A DNA stretch of 54,041 nt from an archaeon (lineage in GTDB: Archaea; EX4484-52; WAPT01). This document shows, piece by piece, positions 28,732 through 39,071 of the stretch (position 1 is its first letter; every line of letters begins with the position of its first letter). Under the pieces are notes generated by a model. It was not told the origin of the DNA. It was given only the letters and a program-made list of their open reading frames with translations, and made no database searches. Position numbers and translations under genes: made by a program. The stretch is taken from positions 1-54,041 of the forward strand of contig JAPDKB010000005.1 in NCBI GenBank assembly GCA_029258795.1, read 5' to 3'.

Positions 28732-30210
28732 TTATTTTATTATGTATTCTAAGAGTTTTGAATACGCAGGTCTCGTGAAGAGAACACCTATCCAGACGCC
28801 GGCAAGAGTTGTGACTGCAAAACCTTTCATTAAAGAGATTCCTGACATGGTTAAGAGAGGGAACATGGCTGCTGTTAATGTTGCTGCGGCAGTTAAAATT
28901 ATGGTTAGTGCCCTTTTCAAGCGTTGTTTCAAGCTTAATTCCACCTTCCTTTTCTTTCTATCCTGAATACTTTCGTCCGTTATGATGATCTGGTGGTCAA
29001 CACCACTGCCGATTATTGCAAGAATACCTGCTATGGACGCAAGATCTATGTTCCATCCTATTGCTGCCGCAAACCCCAAAATTATGATGAGCTCAGCGAG
29101 AAGAGTTAGGGTTATACCTCCCGCTATCAGCACGTTTCTATAGCGAAGAAGAACTATCACACCCACACCAATTATCGCGAGCAACATTGAAATGAGAGCG
29201 GCTCTCATAAACTGCTCTCCCAAAGCTGGGGAAATGCTATCAAGTCTAACTATCTCTATTTTGCTGGGTAATGCTCCGCTCTCCAGAATGGATTGAAGTT
29301 TCTTCATATTTTTTATTGCTTCTTCCTTTGTTTTCGCCCATCCTCTTATGGACGGCATGGTCAGCTCTTCTCCTTTCAGACTGCATACTATATTCAGAGA
29401 GTCAAGAAGCACGTTATCCATGTAGAGATTGAGCTTCTGATCAAGATAGCACTCGCCACCCCTGAAAACCTCATTCATGTCTTTGGTAACCTTCGCAAAT
29501 CTCTTCGCGGATTCGGGTGTGGTGGTTATGGCGAAAACGAACCTGTATCCATTCGCTTCAGGCGCGACTCTTGCATGATCAACATCTCTGAAAACATGTT
29601 TAATGTCCGTGCCAGTATAGACGACTGCAGAGAGCACAACCGTGTTTGTGGTGTAATTTTCATAAATCCACGTCACATTTTCAACCACTAATGTCTGGTT
29701 GGGGGTCAAACTCACATCGATTCCGTTGCCTTCAACTTTAATCAGACCGGTGGTGGAGTTAAGAACAACAACCTCGTACTTTTTCCCATCAAAAAGGAAT
29801 GTTCCACTTCCGTCCTTCAGCTCGACAATTCTTGGAATTCTTGCTTCAAACCTGCCCTGACTTTCTATCAATTCGTGCAGCGTTTCTTCATCATAGCCCG
29901 ACATCTCGATTTGTATGTATTTATTACCCTCTATCACAACAGGCCGTATGCTTACCTGCTTTAAACCATAAGCATTAAGTCTTGTTTGAAGGACGCTGAT
30001 TGTCTTGGTTATCGCTTCATCACTCTGGTCCTCCACATAAATTAATGCGCGTACCCCTCCCTGTATGTCAAGCCCAAACTGAAGCCTTGTTTTTATGTGA
30101 GCTTTGCCATCCTCTCCCACATAATAGGAGGGCGAGAGCGCGATTATAGCCAGTACTACCAGCAAAGCCAAAGCAATTATTCTGGGTTCCTTCAATATCT
30201 TTGTGTTCAT
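28732..30210 (-). CDS. secD: Protein translocase subunit SecD
   Basis: FGLDIQGG, RLNAYG, LESGALP, ISPALG, GSGVD, KGFAVTT. Confidence 0.93.
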   Translation of the reverse strand: MNTKILKEPRIIALALLVVLAIIALSPSYYVGEDGKAHIKTRLQFGLDIQGGVRALIYVEDQSDEAITKTISVLQTRLNAYGLKQVSIRPVVIEGNKYIQIEMSGYDEETLHELIESQGRFEARIPRIVELKDGSGTFLFDGKKYEVVVLNSTTGLIKVEGNGIDVSLTPNQTLVVENVTWIYENYTTNTVVLSAVVYTGTDIKHVFRDVDHARVAPEANGYRFVFAITTTPESAKRFAKVTKDMNEVFRGGECYLDQKLNLYMDNVLLDSLNIVCSLKGEELTMPSIRGWAKTKEEAIKNMKKLQSILESGALPSKIEIVRLDSISPALGEQFMRAALISMLLAIIGVGVIVLLRYRNVLIAGGITLTLLAELIIILGFAAAIGWNIDLASIAGILAIIGSGVDHQIIITDESIQDRKKRKVELSLKQRLKRALTIILTAAATLTAAMFPLLTMSGISLMKGFAVTTLAGVWIGVLFTRPAYSKLLEYIIK

Positions 30211-31082
30211 TTTTTACCCCTCTCCATGTAGAGTTTTAGCAAGGAAACGTTTTGTATCCATGTGAATGGTATGTCCGCGCATAATCCGAAGATTATGACT
30301 GCAGAGAGCTGCTTTAATGTTTCTGATGGTGTTAACAAATTGAGTATCAGCATTGCCAGTATGGAGGTTGTGGTCATGGTCAGCCCTGTTTTCACAGAAC
30401 TCTTTATCCTTTCGTTAATGTTGCCTTCTCCCCTTTTCAAAACTCGTGTTGAAAGCAGTATGTCCGTATCAACAGAATAACCCAAAAGGATGAGCAGTGC
30501 TGAAAATGTCGCAAGAGTCATTTTTATTCCGAAAACATCCATGAGCGCTACAGCAGTAACCATGTCCGAAACAGCAGCCAGAATTATTGCTATGGAAGGC
30601 ACAGCCACCCTGAAGGTTATGAACACCACTATAGCCATCCCTACAAAAGCTATGATGAAAGCTTTGATAGCTTGCTTCCAGAAAGCGGCACTAACCGCAG
30701 CACCAACTGTGTAGATGGAAGCTCCTTCATATTCATAACCTTTTTCGGTTAGAAGGGATAACAATTCCTCTTTCTCTATTTCCTGCTGAGATTCCACTAT
30801 AAGAAGGTACTGGTCTGAGCTTTTGGCTTTTTTAACAACAACATCGTTGCCAAATTTCTCTTGGATGATGCCGGTTAGTTCATTGAGATCAAAATCGCTA
30901 TTCATTATAACAACTATTTGAGTCCCGCCAGAGAAATCAAGTCCCTTCTGAAATATCTCACCAGTTCTCGTGTAGTTGTAAACAAGAACGGAGGCAAACA
31001 CCGCCAGCAAAATCAGGGATGACACTAGCATGAGATGTGGTTTTTCCAGAAACCGGTCATAAATACCAGCTAGCTTTTTCAT
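30207..31082 (-). CDS. secF: Protein translocase subunit SecF
   Basis: GLDFSGG and GYSVDTDILL; ATG at 31082 chosen over the longer ORF that overlaps polB. Confidence 0.93.
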   Translation of the reverse strand: MKKLAGIYDRFLEKPHLMLVSSLILLAVFASVLVYNYTRTGEIFQKGLDFSGGTQIVVIMNSDFDLNELTGIIQEKFGNDVVVKKAKSSDQYLLIVESQQEIEKEELLSLLTEKGYEYEGASIYTVGAAVSAAFWKQAIKAFIIAFVGMAIVVFITFRVAVPSIAIILAAVSDMVTAVALMDVFGIKMTLATFSALLILLGYSVDTDILLSTRVLKRGEGNINERIKSSVKTGLTMTTTSILAMLILNLLTPSETLKQLSAVIIFGLCADIPFTWIQNVSLLKLYMERGKK

Positions 31083-31145
31083 GGAAGATAAATACCTTGA
31101 ATTAATTTTATAAAGTTTAAAATGTTCTCCGTGCAAATCCTTAAC

Positions 31146-33593
31146 ATGGAAAAGCTCCTTGCTCAACTTCTCCATGTGGATTACGTGGTGGAGGACGATA
31201 AACCAGTCATAAGGATGTTGATGAGCGATGAAAAGAAAAGGAAGGTTGTTGTGCTTGACGACACGTTCGAGCCCTATTTCTATGCTATCCCTGCGGGAAC
31301 CACAAATCTTGATGAACTGGCAGAGAAAATCTTGAACACGAAATTGCCGGATTCTGAAGGAGTCATCAGACCAAAAAGAGTGGAGACCACAACAAAAATT
31401 GTGGGGGTTGAGGAAAGAACAGTGCTAAAGATCGTGTGCTTCCTCCCATCTCATGTCCCGAAGCTTAGAGAAGTAGTTGCCATGCTTAATGGGGTTGAAA
31501 CGATAAGAGAGTTCGACATTCTTTTCCATAGAAGGTACATGATAGACCGCGGAATTGAGCCGATGGACTGGTATGAGGTGGAAGGCAATACCATAAGTTA
31601 CGATGATTATCCATGTGATCTCGCCATCAAACTAAATAACATGAAGCGGCTTTACAGGGCTGACGAAATCTTCAGCATGGCGAGTTTTGATGTTGAGAGT
31701 GTGATGGAAAAGAATGAGATGAAGTTAATCATGGCGGGGATGTATTTCAATGATGGTAGAGCCAGAATAGCCACAGGCATTGATGTGGATGGAAGGGAGT
31801 TCGTGGAAAGGGTGAGCGGGGAGAGAGGGATAATAGAGTGGTTTGCAAGAACGCTGAAGGAGGAAAAACCACACTTCCTAATAACTTATAACGGAGATGC
31901 TTTTGATCTGAAGTTAATAAAGGAAAGAGCATCCAAACTAAATGTAGATCTTAAATTTGGCAAAAACACTTTTTTGCGATTTAAAAGAAGGGGTAGAACG
32001 AGTCAGGCAGAGATAGAGGGTGTGGTGCATATAGACCTGTATCCGTTCGTTTCCACCATCATGGCATCAAGCTTGAACACGGAAGTTTTTACCCTGGAAG
32101 CGGTGTGTCAGGAGATTCTGGGAGAGGGTAAGTATGAAATCACATGGGAGGAGATAGAGCACAGCTGGAAAACAAAGACGAATCTGGAAAAGATTGTGGA
32201 TTACAATTATAGGGATGTGGAGCTCACCATGAAACTGGCGAAAGCGCTGCTCCCAAACGTGTTTTCTCTTGCTTCATTAACCTACATGACTCCTTTTGAA
32301 GTTGCCAGAGCAAGCTACAGCCAGCTGGTCGAGAACTTTGCGATAAGAAAAGCCTACAAGATGAATTATGTTGTTCCAAACAAACCCACCGTGGAAGAGA
32401 TGGATATAAGGAGGCAGGAGGAGAGCTATGAAGGAGCCATAGTCATAGAGCCAAAGCCCGGCTTACATGAGAACATAGCTGTGTTTGACTTCCGATCTCT
32501 GTATCCATCCATAATAATAACTCACAACATAGACCCCTACACCATAAACTGTTCCTGCTGTAAGGCGGAGGAGGCGTATCGTGTTCCCAACAAACCGTAC
32601 TGGTTCTGCAAGAAGAAGAGAGGATTCATACCCGCCATACTGCAGGAGTTGATAGAGAAGAGGACGGAGATAAAGAAGAAGATGAAGGAGACGAAGGATG
32701 AGCTTCTCAAAAAGGTGCTCGACTCACGGCAGCAGGCAATGAAAACCGTTGCCAACGCTTTCTACGGGTATCTGGCCTTTGTGGGCTCACGCTTTTATGA
32801 CAAGAGGTGTGCCGAATCCGTCACCGCCTTTGGCAGGCATTACATAACGATGATTGCTGAAATGGCAAAACAGCACGGATTTGAGGTGATATATGGCGAT
32901 ACGGATTCCATATTCCTGAAGGTGGGTGAAAAGAGCAAGGAGGATGTTATGCAATTTTTAAACGAGGTTAACTCGAAGCTTCCCGGCATAATGGAGCTGG
33001 AGTTTGAAGGGCTTTACAAAAGGGGGTTGTTCGTCAAAAGGAAGAGCGGGGAGGGTGGAGCAAAGAAAAGGTACGCTTTAATTGATTATGAGGGCAACAT
33101 GGTGATAAGGGGTTTTGAAAGGGTGAGGCGTGACTGGTCGAAGCTTGCCAGAGAGACGCAGGAAAAAACCCTCTATTATGTTTTGAACGGGGAAGTGGAG
33201 AAGGCAGTAGAATATGTTAAGAGTGTCATAGAAAGATTGAAGAAAGGTGAGGTGGATAAGGAAGAGCTGTGCATCTACACAACCATAACCAGGGGGCTCG
33301 ATTCTTACGAGCAAATTGGTCCGCATGTGGCTGCTGCAAAAAAAGCAGTTGCCAGAGGGCTTGAGATAAAACCGGGAGAGACGATAAAATACATAATAAC
33401 GAGAGGGAGCGGTAGCATATCTGATAGGGCCGAGCTATCTGTTTTTGCGGAGAGTTATGATCCGGAATATTACATCCACCACCAGGTTCTTCCCGCTGCG
33501 ATGCGCGTGCTGGGTGTGCTGGGCTACACGGAAGACATGATACTTTCGGGCACGAAACAGACAGGGCTTTTCCAGTTCACGAAGAAATCATAA
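31146..33593 (+). CDS. polB: Family B DNA polymerase
   Basis: Exonuclease FDVE, YNGDAFD, YNYRD; polymerase DFRSLYPS, KTVANAFYGY, YGDTDS; no intein. Confidence 0.96.
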   Translation: MEKLLAQLLHVDYVVEDDKPVIRMLMSDEKKRKVVVLDDTFEPYFYAIPAGTTNLDELAEKILNTKLPDSEGVIRPKRVETTTKIVGVEERTVLKIVCFLPSHVPKLREVVAMLNGVETIREFDILFHRRYMIDRGIEPMDWYEVEGNTISYDDYPCDLAIKLNNMKRLYRADEIFSMASFDVESVMEKNEMKLIMAGMYFNDGRARIATGIDVDGREFVERVSGERGIIEWFARTLKEEKPHFLITYNGDAFDLKLIKERASKLNVDLKFGKNTFLRFKRRGRTSQAEIEGVVHIDLYPFVSTIMASSLNTEVFTLEAVCQEILGEGKYEITWEEIEHSWKTKTNLEKIVDYNYRDVELTMKLAKALLPNVFSLASLTYMTPFEVARASYSQLVENFAIRKAYKMNYVVPNKPTVEEMDIRRQEESYEGAIVIEPKPGLHENIAVFDFRSLYPSIIITHNIDPYTINCSCCKAEEAYRVPNKPYWFCKKKRGFIPAILQELIEKRTEIKKKMKETKDELLKKVLDSRQQAMKTVANAFYGYLAFVGSRFYDKRCAESVTAFGRHYITMIAEMAKQHGFEVIYGDTDSIFLKVGEKSKEDVMQFLNEVNSKLPGIMELEFEGLYKRGLFVKRKSGEGGAKKRYALIDYEGNMVIRGFERVRRDWSKLARETQEKTLYYVLNGEVEKAVEYVKSVIERLKKGEVDKEELCIYTTITRGLDSYEQIGPHVAAAKKAVARGLEIKPGETIKYIITRGSGSISDRAELSVFAESYDPEYYIHHQVLPAAMRVLGVLGYTEDMILSGTKQTGLFQFTKKS

Positions 33594-35459
33594 AATTTGG
33601 AGCATTTTGAGCAGAACGCTTCTCATAACCCTTCTGACCTTTCCGAGAGGTGTTGTATCGTAAATCAGCGCAGAGCTCATACGATTATGCGAACTGAGGG
33701 ATGAACTGTTTACATAATTTTCTTTAATTTCTCTCACATATTTATGCGAACTCGCCGGTTGTTTTGCGGAGAAGTTCAGCAGAAACACGGGTTTTTCCAA
33801 CACACAGTTCTTGTCGTGGTACCACAACTTCACTTTCAAAGTACACGGCCTGATCTCATCAACTTCTTTGACAACATTCATAAGGGTAATGTTCACAACG
33901 CTTTGGTTCTCCACCACCACATCTATTTCGTTACCTTTCCACCCACCTTCGGTCGCGAGCTTTCCCCCGCATATTATGTAGGAGTATGCTGAAAGATTTA
34001 TGCTACGGTTCATTTTGTTGTGAAGCACAAGAAACGTGCTGATATTGGAGTTGCTCAACGCAATTTGTGGTGTGGTGACGTTTTCAACCTCAACGAATGC
34101 ACACGACACTTTCCTCTTCTTCTCACGAGTTATGGGTTGGGCTCCTTGCGTCTGGCACTGGCATGAAGACCTCACGATCTTTCTACATGAGCTTGCAGCA
34201 CCGTCCTTAATCGTGAGTTCTGCAATATCTGCATCACCCCACGAAGCATCAGCCCACAAGATGTATTTTCCACCTTTCAACCTGCCGTCACAATTCGGTT
34301 TGAGCTGTACGGGCACAACCACCACATACTCCGCGTTTTTCTCCATTAACTGCACCGATAGTTTTTCGGACGCATACCTCCCGTTTTCTGGATTCTTCAC
34401 GTAAACGTATATTGTCCTCTTATCGTTATCTCCTCTATTGGCTCTTAGTTTGACTCGCACAACGTCACCAAAATTAAGCTCAGTTCTGCTCACACTTTCA
34501 ATTTTAACAAATGACGGCATATCCACATCTCCATTCATCTTTGCATCTTTCCTTCTGACTATCAGCATTAATGATGACTTGTTGTCTGGCAGGATGGTGG
34601 TGTTGGATGTCGTGTTCACCATCATCGCTTCCACAAAAAACACCTCACCCTCAATACCCGGGGGTGTCCAGCTGCGCTCGGAGGTGCAGATTTTTGAATA
34701 TGTGGCTTTAGCTTTCAGCGTTGTGCTGTACGCTTTCTTAACCTCTCTTCCATAAAGGTCTGAGATCCAATAAAGCACCGTTATGTTCATATCCCTTCCA
34801 AACGTTGAGGTGTTGGGATACGCGCATATCCTGTAGTTTATTGTTTCGGATTCGTTGCAGATGAAGCAGGAAATGTTCTCTATTTTTAATTCAAGCGCTA
34901 TCATGCTTGAATTTTCACTCCTGTTGCACGCGTTTTCAGCTAGAGGAGTTGGTAAAGCGACAATCCAGCTGCCATTGCAGAGCTGGATGGAATAACCCTC
35001 CACATCCATCTCAGCTGTGTAATTCACGGAATCAACAACGCTTCCGTTAGCGAGCGAGAGGGTTATGTTCATGCCATCATTGTTCAGACCTTTTCCGCAG
35101 ATATAACTTGTGTTTGTGTGGAAAATGTATGTTGTGTTGTTTGTGTTGAACTTTTCAAGAACGTCAGAGCCAGAGCCGCCATCAACAACAAGAGCATAGG
35201 TGTAAGGTGGAAGAAGAGTTGTGTTTGTGGTTATGGTGTTGTTGGCATCTTTTGAGATATATCCTGGAATGAGGGAATAATTGCATAGTAAGTGGGAGGA
35301 TATGTTAACGCTTGTGTTTTCATCATTGAAAAGCTCAATATATTCAGAATAGTGGTCATCACCCGCGGGGTCAAACATAACTTCAGTTATTTTTAGCTGG
35401 TGGGCTTGTTTTGGGAAAACCGCGAACAACAAAAGAATTAAAACAAGCCATTTTTTCAT
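33588..35459 (-). CDS. Secreted lamin-tail-domain protein
   Basis: Signal peptide then KITEVMFDPAG..EYIELFN...PTP..N (LTD); rich in sequons. Confidence 0.82.
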   Translation of the reverse strand: MKKWLVLILLLFAVFPKQAHQLKITEVMFDPAGDDHYSEYIELFNDENTSVNISSHLLCNYSLIPGYISKDANNTITTNTTLLPPYTYALVVDGGSGSDVLEKFNTNNTTYIFHTNTSYICGKGLNNDGMNITLSLANGSVVDSVNYTAEMDVEGYSIQLCNGSWIVALPTPLAENACNRSENSSMIALELKIENISCFICNESETINYRICAYPNTSTFGRDMNITVLYWISDLYGREVKKAYSTTLKAKATYSKICTSERSWTPPGIEGEVFFVEAMMVNTTSNTTILPDNKSSLMLIVRRKDAKMNGDVDMPSFVKIESVSRTELNFGDVVRVKLRANRGDNDKRTIYVYVKNPENGRYASEKLSVQLMEKNAEYVVVVPVQLKPNCDGRLKGGKYILWADASWGDADIAELTIKDGAASSCRKIVRSSCQCQTQGAQPITREKKRKVSCAFVEVENVTTPQIALSNSNISTFLVLHNKMNRSINLSAYSYIICGGKLATEGGWKGNEIDVVVENQSVVNITLMNVVKEVDEIRPCTLKVKLWYHDKNCVLEKPVFLLNFSAKQPASSHKYVREIKENYVNSSSLSSHNRMSSALIYDTTPLGKVRRVMRSVLLKMLQIL

Positions 35460-35512
35460 GAGAGTGACGTAAGAAACAATTTATTTCAATTTTTTCGTTC
35501 GACAATTTGTGT

Positions 35513-36400
35513 ATGATTTCGGAAGAAGCGATTGGAAAGTACATTAGGGCTGGAAACGTGGCAAGAGAAACTCTCGAGTTATCGAAAAAACTGGTTAAAC
35601 CAGAAGCAAGTGTGTTTGATGTGGTTACCGAGCTCGAGGAGTTCATAAAGAGCAAAGGGTGTGAGCTGGCCTTTCCTGTCAATCTCTCGATCGATAATGC
35701 TGCAGCTCATGATACCGCAGATATTATGGATGGTAGAACGATACATGAAGATGCAGTTGTTAAGGTGGATGTTGGAGTGCATGTTGATGGATATATTGCG
35801 GATAGCGCAATAACAATAGACCTAAGCAACAGGTATAATGACATGGTCAAAGCTGCGGAAGAAGCGCTGGAGGAGGCGTTGAAGCTTTTCACCCCTGAAA
35901 GGAAGGTGGTTGAGATAAGCAGAACGATACAGGAGGTTATAGAGAGTCATGGCTTTAAGCCGGTGGTTAACCTCACAGGACACAAGCTTGAGAGGTATGT
36001 GCTCCACGGAAATGTCTCTATCCCGAATGTTGAGTACGATATTCCTTACGAGCTGAAGGAGGGGGATGTGTTTGCAGTTGAGCCCTTCGTTACCAATGGT
36101 TCTGGCAAGGTTAAGGAGGGAGGAGAAGCAAAAATCTTCGCGTTTTTGAAGAAAGTGAGATGCAGGGGTGATGTGGCAAGAAAAATCCTTGAGTTTGGAG
36201 AGGGGAGGAAGGGCTTGCCTTTCTCTCTTAGATGGATGTTTGAGGAGAAGAAACCCTCCGTAGTTCTTGCCCTTAGAGAGCTGGTGAACAGCAACGCTCT
36301 ATACGATTACCGCGTTCTTAAGGATGTGGAGGGAAGCATAGTTACTCAGGCAGAGCACAGCGTGGTGGTTGGAGACAAACCATTAGTTTACACAAAATAG
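35513..36400 (+). CDS. map: Methionine aminopeptidase type II
   Basis: AFPVN..AAH, KVDVGVHVDGYIADSA, NLTGH, AVEPF, QAEHS. Confidence 0.96.
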   Translation: MISEEAIGKYIRAGNVARETLELSKKLVKPEASVFDVVTELEEFIKSKGCELAFPVNLSIDNAAAHDTADIMDGRTIHEDAVVKVDVGVHVDGYIADSAITIDLSNRYNDMVKAAEEALEEALKLFTPERKVVEISRTIQEVIESHGFKPVVNLTGHKLERYVLHGNVSIPNVEYDIPYELKEGDVFAVEPFVTNGSGKVKEGGEAKIFAFLKKVRCRGDVARKILEFGEGRKGLPFSLRWMFEEKKPSVVLALRELVNSNALYDYRVLKDVEGSIVTQAEHSVVVGDKPLVYTK

Positions 36401-36473
36401 TTGTGCTAATTTCGTACTTGAAACTTCGAAAAAATAAACAAAATTTTTTGAAATAGGAACTGGTGGTTCGTTT

Positions 36474-37532
36474 TTAGATAATCGCATTTTTCCTTCTTCT
36501 TTTTCCGAACGAGTTGATCATCACCGCCAGCAGTAACATGAGGCCCACTATCACGAGAGCTTTTGCCAGGTTGGTTAAGGTCAACTCGTTTACAAGTATG
36601 AGGTTTGTGGTGACATCAGTTAGGAATGCGAAGGCAACTATCATTAGTTCAACCCCAAGCAAGCTGCGGACATTTTTTATTTTCTTGTCCAGATATGCAC
36701 CCACACACCATGCCATGGCGCTTATTCCGAAAGCGTATACTGAGGTATTGACGAACAGCACCACTGTATTTAATATACCCTCTGGCTTTACCGCCGTGAC
36801 TTTGGAAGCACCTATTATCAATCCGGCAATGAAAAACGTGATGGATGTTAGGTAAAGGAACAGGGAGAAGCGCATTTTGGAAGCTGATTCTGAAAGAGAG
36901 TGAAAAACACGAAATACAGTGTCTTCAAGCTGAAAACCCTTGAGGAACAGGTATATTCCTATGAACCCGATTATAAGACGGATGGCTGCCGAACCGAAAA
37001 AAGCGTAAAATATCAGGGCTATAGCGGGCACTCCTAAGAAAAGGCGGGAGTAGCGTGGATTATTTATCATGTTCTTTATGAAATTGTAAATCACAAAATA
37101 GGTGCTTTCTAACTTAACAGCCTGATTGACCACTATTCTCTCAACATAAACATTTGGCACCTTCCTACTTATGAGAGGTATAACTTGTTCATCGCTTGCC
37201 CCATCCGAAACGAAAACTATCTCATCAGCATCAAACCTTTTCAGCACTCTATCTAGCTGATCGCTTATTTTTCTATCGGATTCTATTCCCATACTCTCAC
37301 TTCCAGTTATAACTGCAACCTCAACCTTCTCACCCTTTCTTCTTAACTCATCATAAATTTGCACCGCTCTGAACATCGCATTCACATCAGAATCGGAAGG
37401 ATCTGCTAACCCTAACATTTGGGTGGCTTTCAAAACCTCGTTCTTACCTATTATCGGAGCTCTCACATTCGCCTTTACACCCAGATCATCATCCCGATCC
37501 ACACACAAAACCAGCACTTTCTTTTTAGCCAT
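36474..37532 (-). CDS. DUF373 family membrane protein
   Basis: VLCVDRDDDLG, DSDVN and SDGASDE; TM C-terminal half. Confidence 0.88.
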   Translation of the reverse strand: MAKKKVLVLCVDRDDDLGVKANVRAPIIGKNEVLKATQMLGLADPSDSDVNAMFRAVQIYDELRRKGEKVEVAVITGSESMGIESDRKISDQLDRVLKRFDADEIVFVSDGASDEQVIPLISRKVPNVYVERIVVNQAVKLESTYFVIYNFIKNMINNPRYSRLFLGVPAIALIFYAFFGSAAIRLIIGFIGIYLFLKGFQLEDTVFRVFHSLSESASKMRFSLFLYLTSITFFIAGLIIGASKVTAVKPEGILNTVVLFVNTSVYAFGISAMAWCVGAYLDKKIKNVRSLLGVELMIVAFAFLTDVTTNLILVNELTLTNLAKALVIVGLMLLLAVMINSFGKRRRKNAII

Positions 37533-38450
37533 GATGATTTTATCGAACTTTAACAATAAAAAGTTGGCTGATGTGTTGTCTTAACTCTCACATTTAGGAT
37601 ATTACTGTTTCTTTTATTTGGGTCAGCTTGTCGTTTTTTGTTCTATTCTTTCATTTGAATACATTTCTCATTTTTGGCCCACCTTAGTGGAGTCATGGCT
37701 TACTTTGTGTTATGATCCCATATTCTTTTCCAGCATGCGTTTTCTCTCACAAACAGCGCAATTTTTGGAATTATTTCGAGGAACTATTTCCCATTTATTA
37801 CATTTAACTCTCATATTCTGACAAAATTTTCACAAATTTTACTGAAATTTATATTTTCAAGAAATCAAAATATATTGAGATATTGATATGATATGCTATC
37901 AGGATTTAAAAATTTTGGCATGCAAAAAATCAGCATACATAAAAAAAGTTATATAATATATTTTTTCAAGTTTTTATTTTTTATTATATTTTTAACACAT
38001 GATTTATTTAAAAATATTTTTTTGAAATTAATTTATTTGATTTATTTTTTGTAGAATATAATTCAATAATATGGAAGAATTTCCCATTTTCCTGAGAGTT
38101 TCGGACGGATTTTTGATCCCCTTTATTAGCCCTAAAAAGTACCATACTTCCAAAATTATGTTATTTGAGTGCCGGGAACCTATATTATGAGCAAAAAATC
38201 ATAGAAGATTTTCATATTCTCTAAAAAAGTGCATGAGGTGTTGTGTGTAGTTGGGACTAATTTCCCATTTATTCTCCAAAATGTTCTGAAAAACCCTCAC
38301 ACTTTTTTATTATATTTTGGCCTTTTACCTATATTACGGGAGACATAATCGACCTAGCTTCACCATTCCCGGAGTTCTATTCTTTTCTAAAAAAGTATAC
38401 AATATACAACAATACTATATAATATATCAAAAATCGATATACGCAAAACA

Positions 38451-38478
38451 AGTTCGCATAAGGTTCATTATGCGAACT
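38451..38478. other. dif-like Xer recombination site (11-6-11 palindrome)
   Basis: AGTTCGCATAA-GGTTCA-TTATGCGAACT: perfect 11-bp inverted arms with inner CATAA/TTATG, intergenic, xerA about 8.8 kb away. Confidence 0.8.
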
Positions 38479-38643
38479 GAAGGGTATGGATGGAAAGTGT
38501 AGAGAAAAGAATATTTTGTATAATATAAAATAAAAAATATTTTCCTAAAAATATGAAATGAAAGTGGGAAGAATTGACAGGAAATATCGTGAATTCTCTT
38601 CCAAATTTTACAATTTTATATATTTTGAAATCTAATAAATATC

Positions 38644-39069
38644 ATGTTTGATGATATTTTCGGTTCTCCAAAAAAATCCAGAAAAAAGAAAAATCCGTTT
38701 GATTTTGATTTAAGTTTATTTCCTTCTCAAGAAGAAAAGAAAAATAAACGAGGATACATCTATAAGGATTACAGAAATAAGTTATGGGAAAAACAAAAAG
38801 GGAAATGTGCTAGATGTAAGAAGAAATTAGACCCTCATAATTATCACATAGATCATAAGAAACCCGTCGCACTGGGAGGCAAAACAACATTATCCAATCT
38901 TCAACTTCTATGTCCCCTATGCCATATGAAGAAAACTGCAGAGGATAGACGAAAAATATCTCAAAATAAGAAACGACAGAAGAAATCTAGCGCAAAAGAC
39001 CCATTTACCGTTGATCTTTTCGGCTCTTCTTCAAGATCTAGAAAGAAAGATCCTTTTAGTTTGTGGTAA
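38644..39069 (+). CDS. HNH endonuclease (zinc-binding, McrA-like core)
   Basis: CARC, HIDHKKP..LGG, NLQLLCPLCHMKKT. Confidence 0.9.
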   Translation: MFDDIFGSPKKSRKKKNPFDFDLSLFPSQEEKKNKRGYIYKDYRNKLWEKQKGKCARCKKKLDPHNYHIDHKKPVALGGKTTLSNLQLLCPLCHMKKTAEDRRKISQNKKRQKKSSAKDPFTVDLFGSSSRSRKKDPFSLW

Positions 39070-39071
39070 GT

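Noticed and set aside
31146-33593. Inactivated, split or intein-containing PolB
   Set aside because: All exonuclease and polymerase motifs are intact and the length is normal.
37557-38643. CRISPR array or canonical oriC
   Set aside because: Repeats are only 10-11 bp and irregularly spaced; there are no cas genes, no ORB consensus and no cdc6 in the window.
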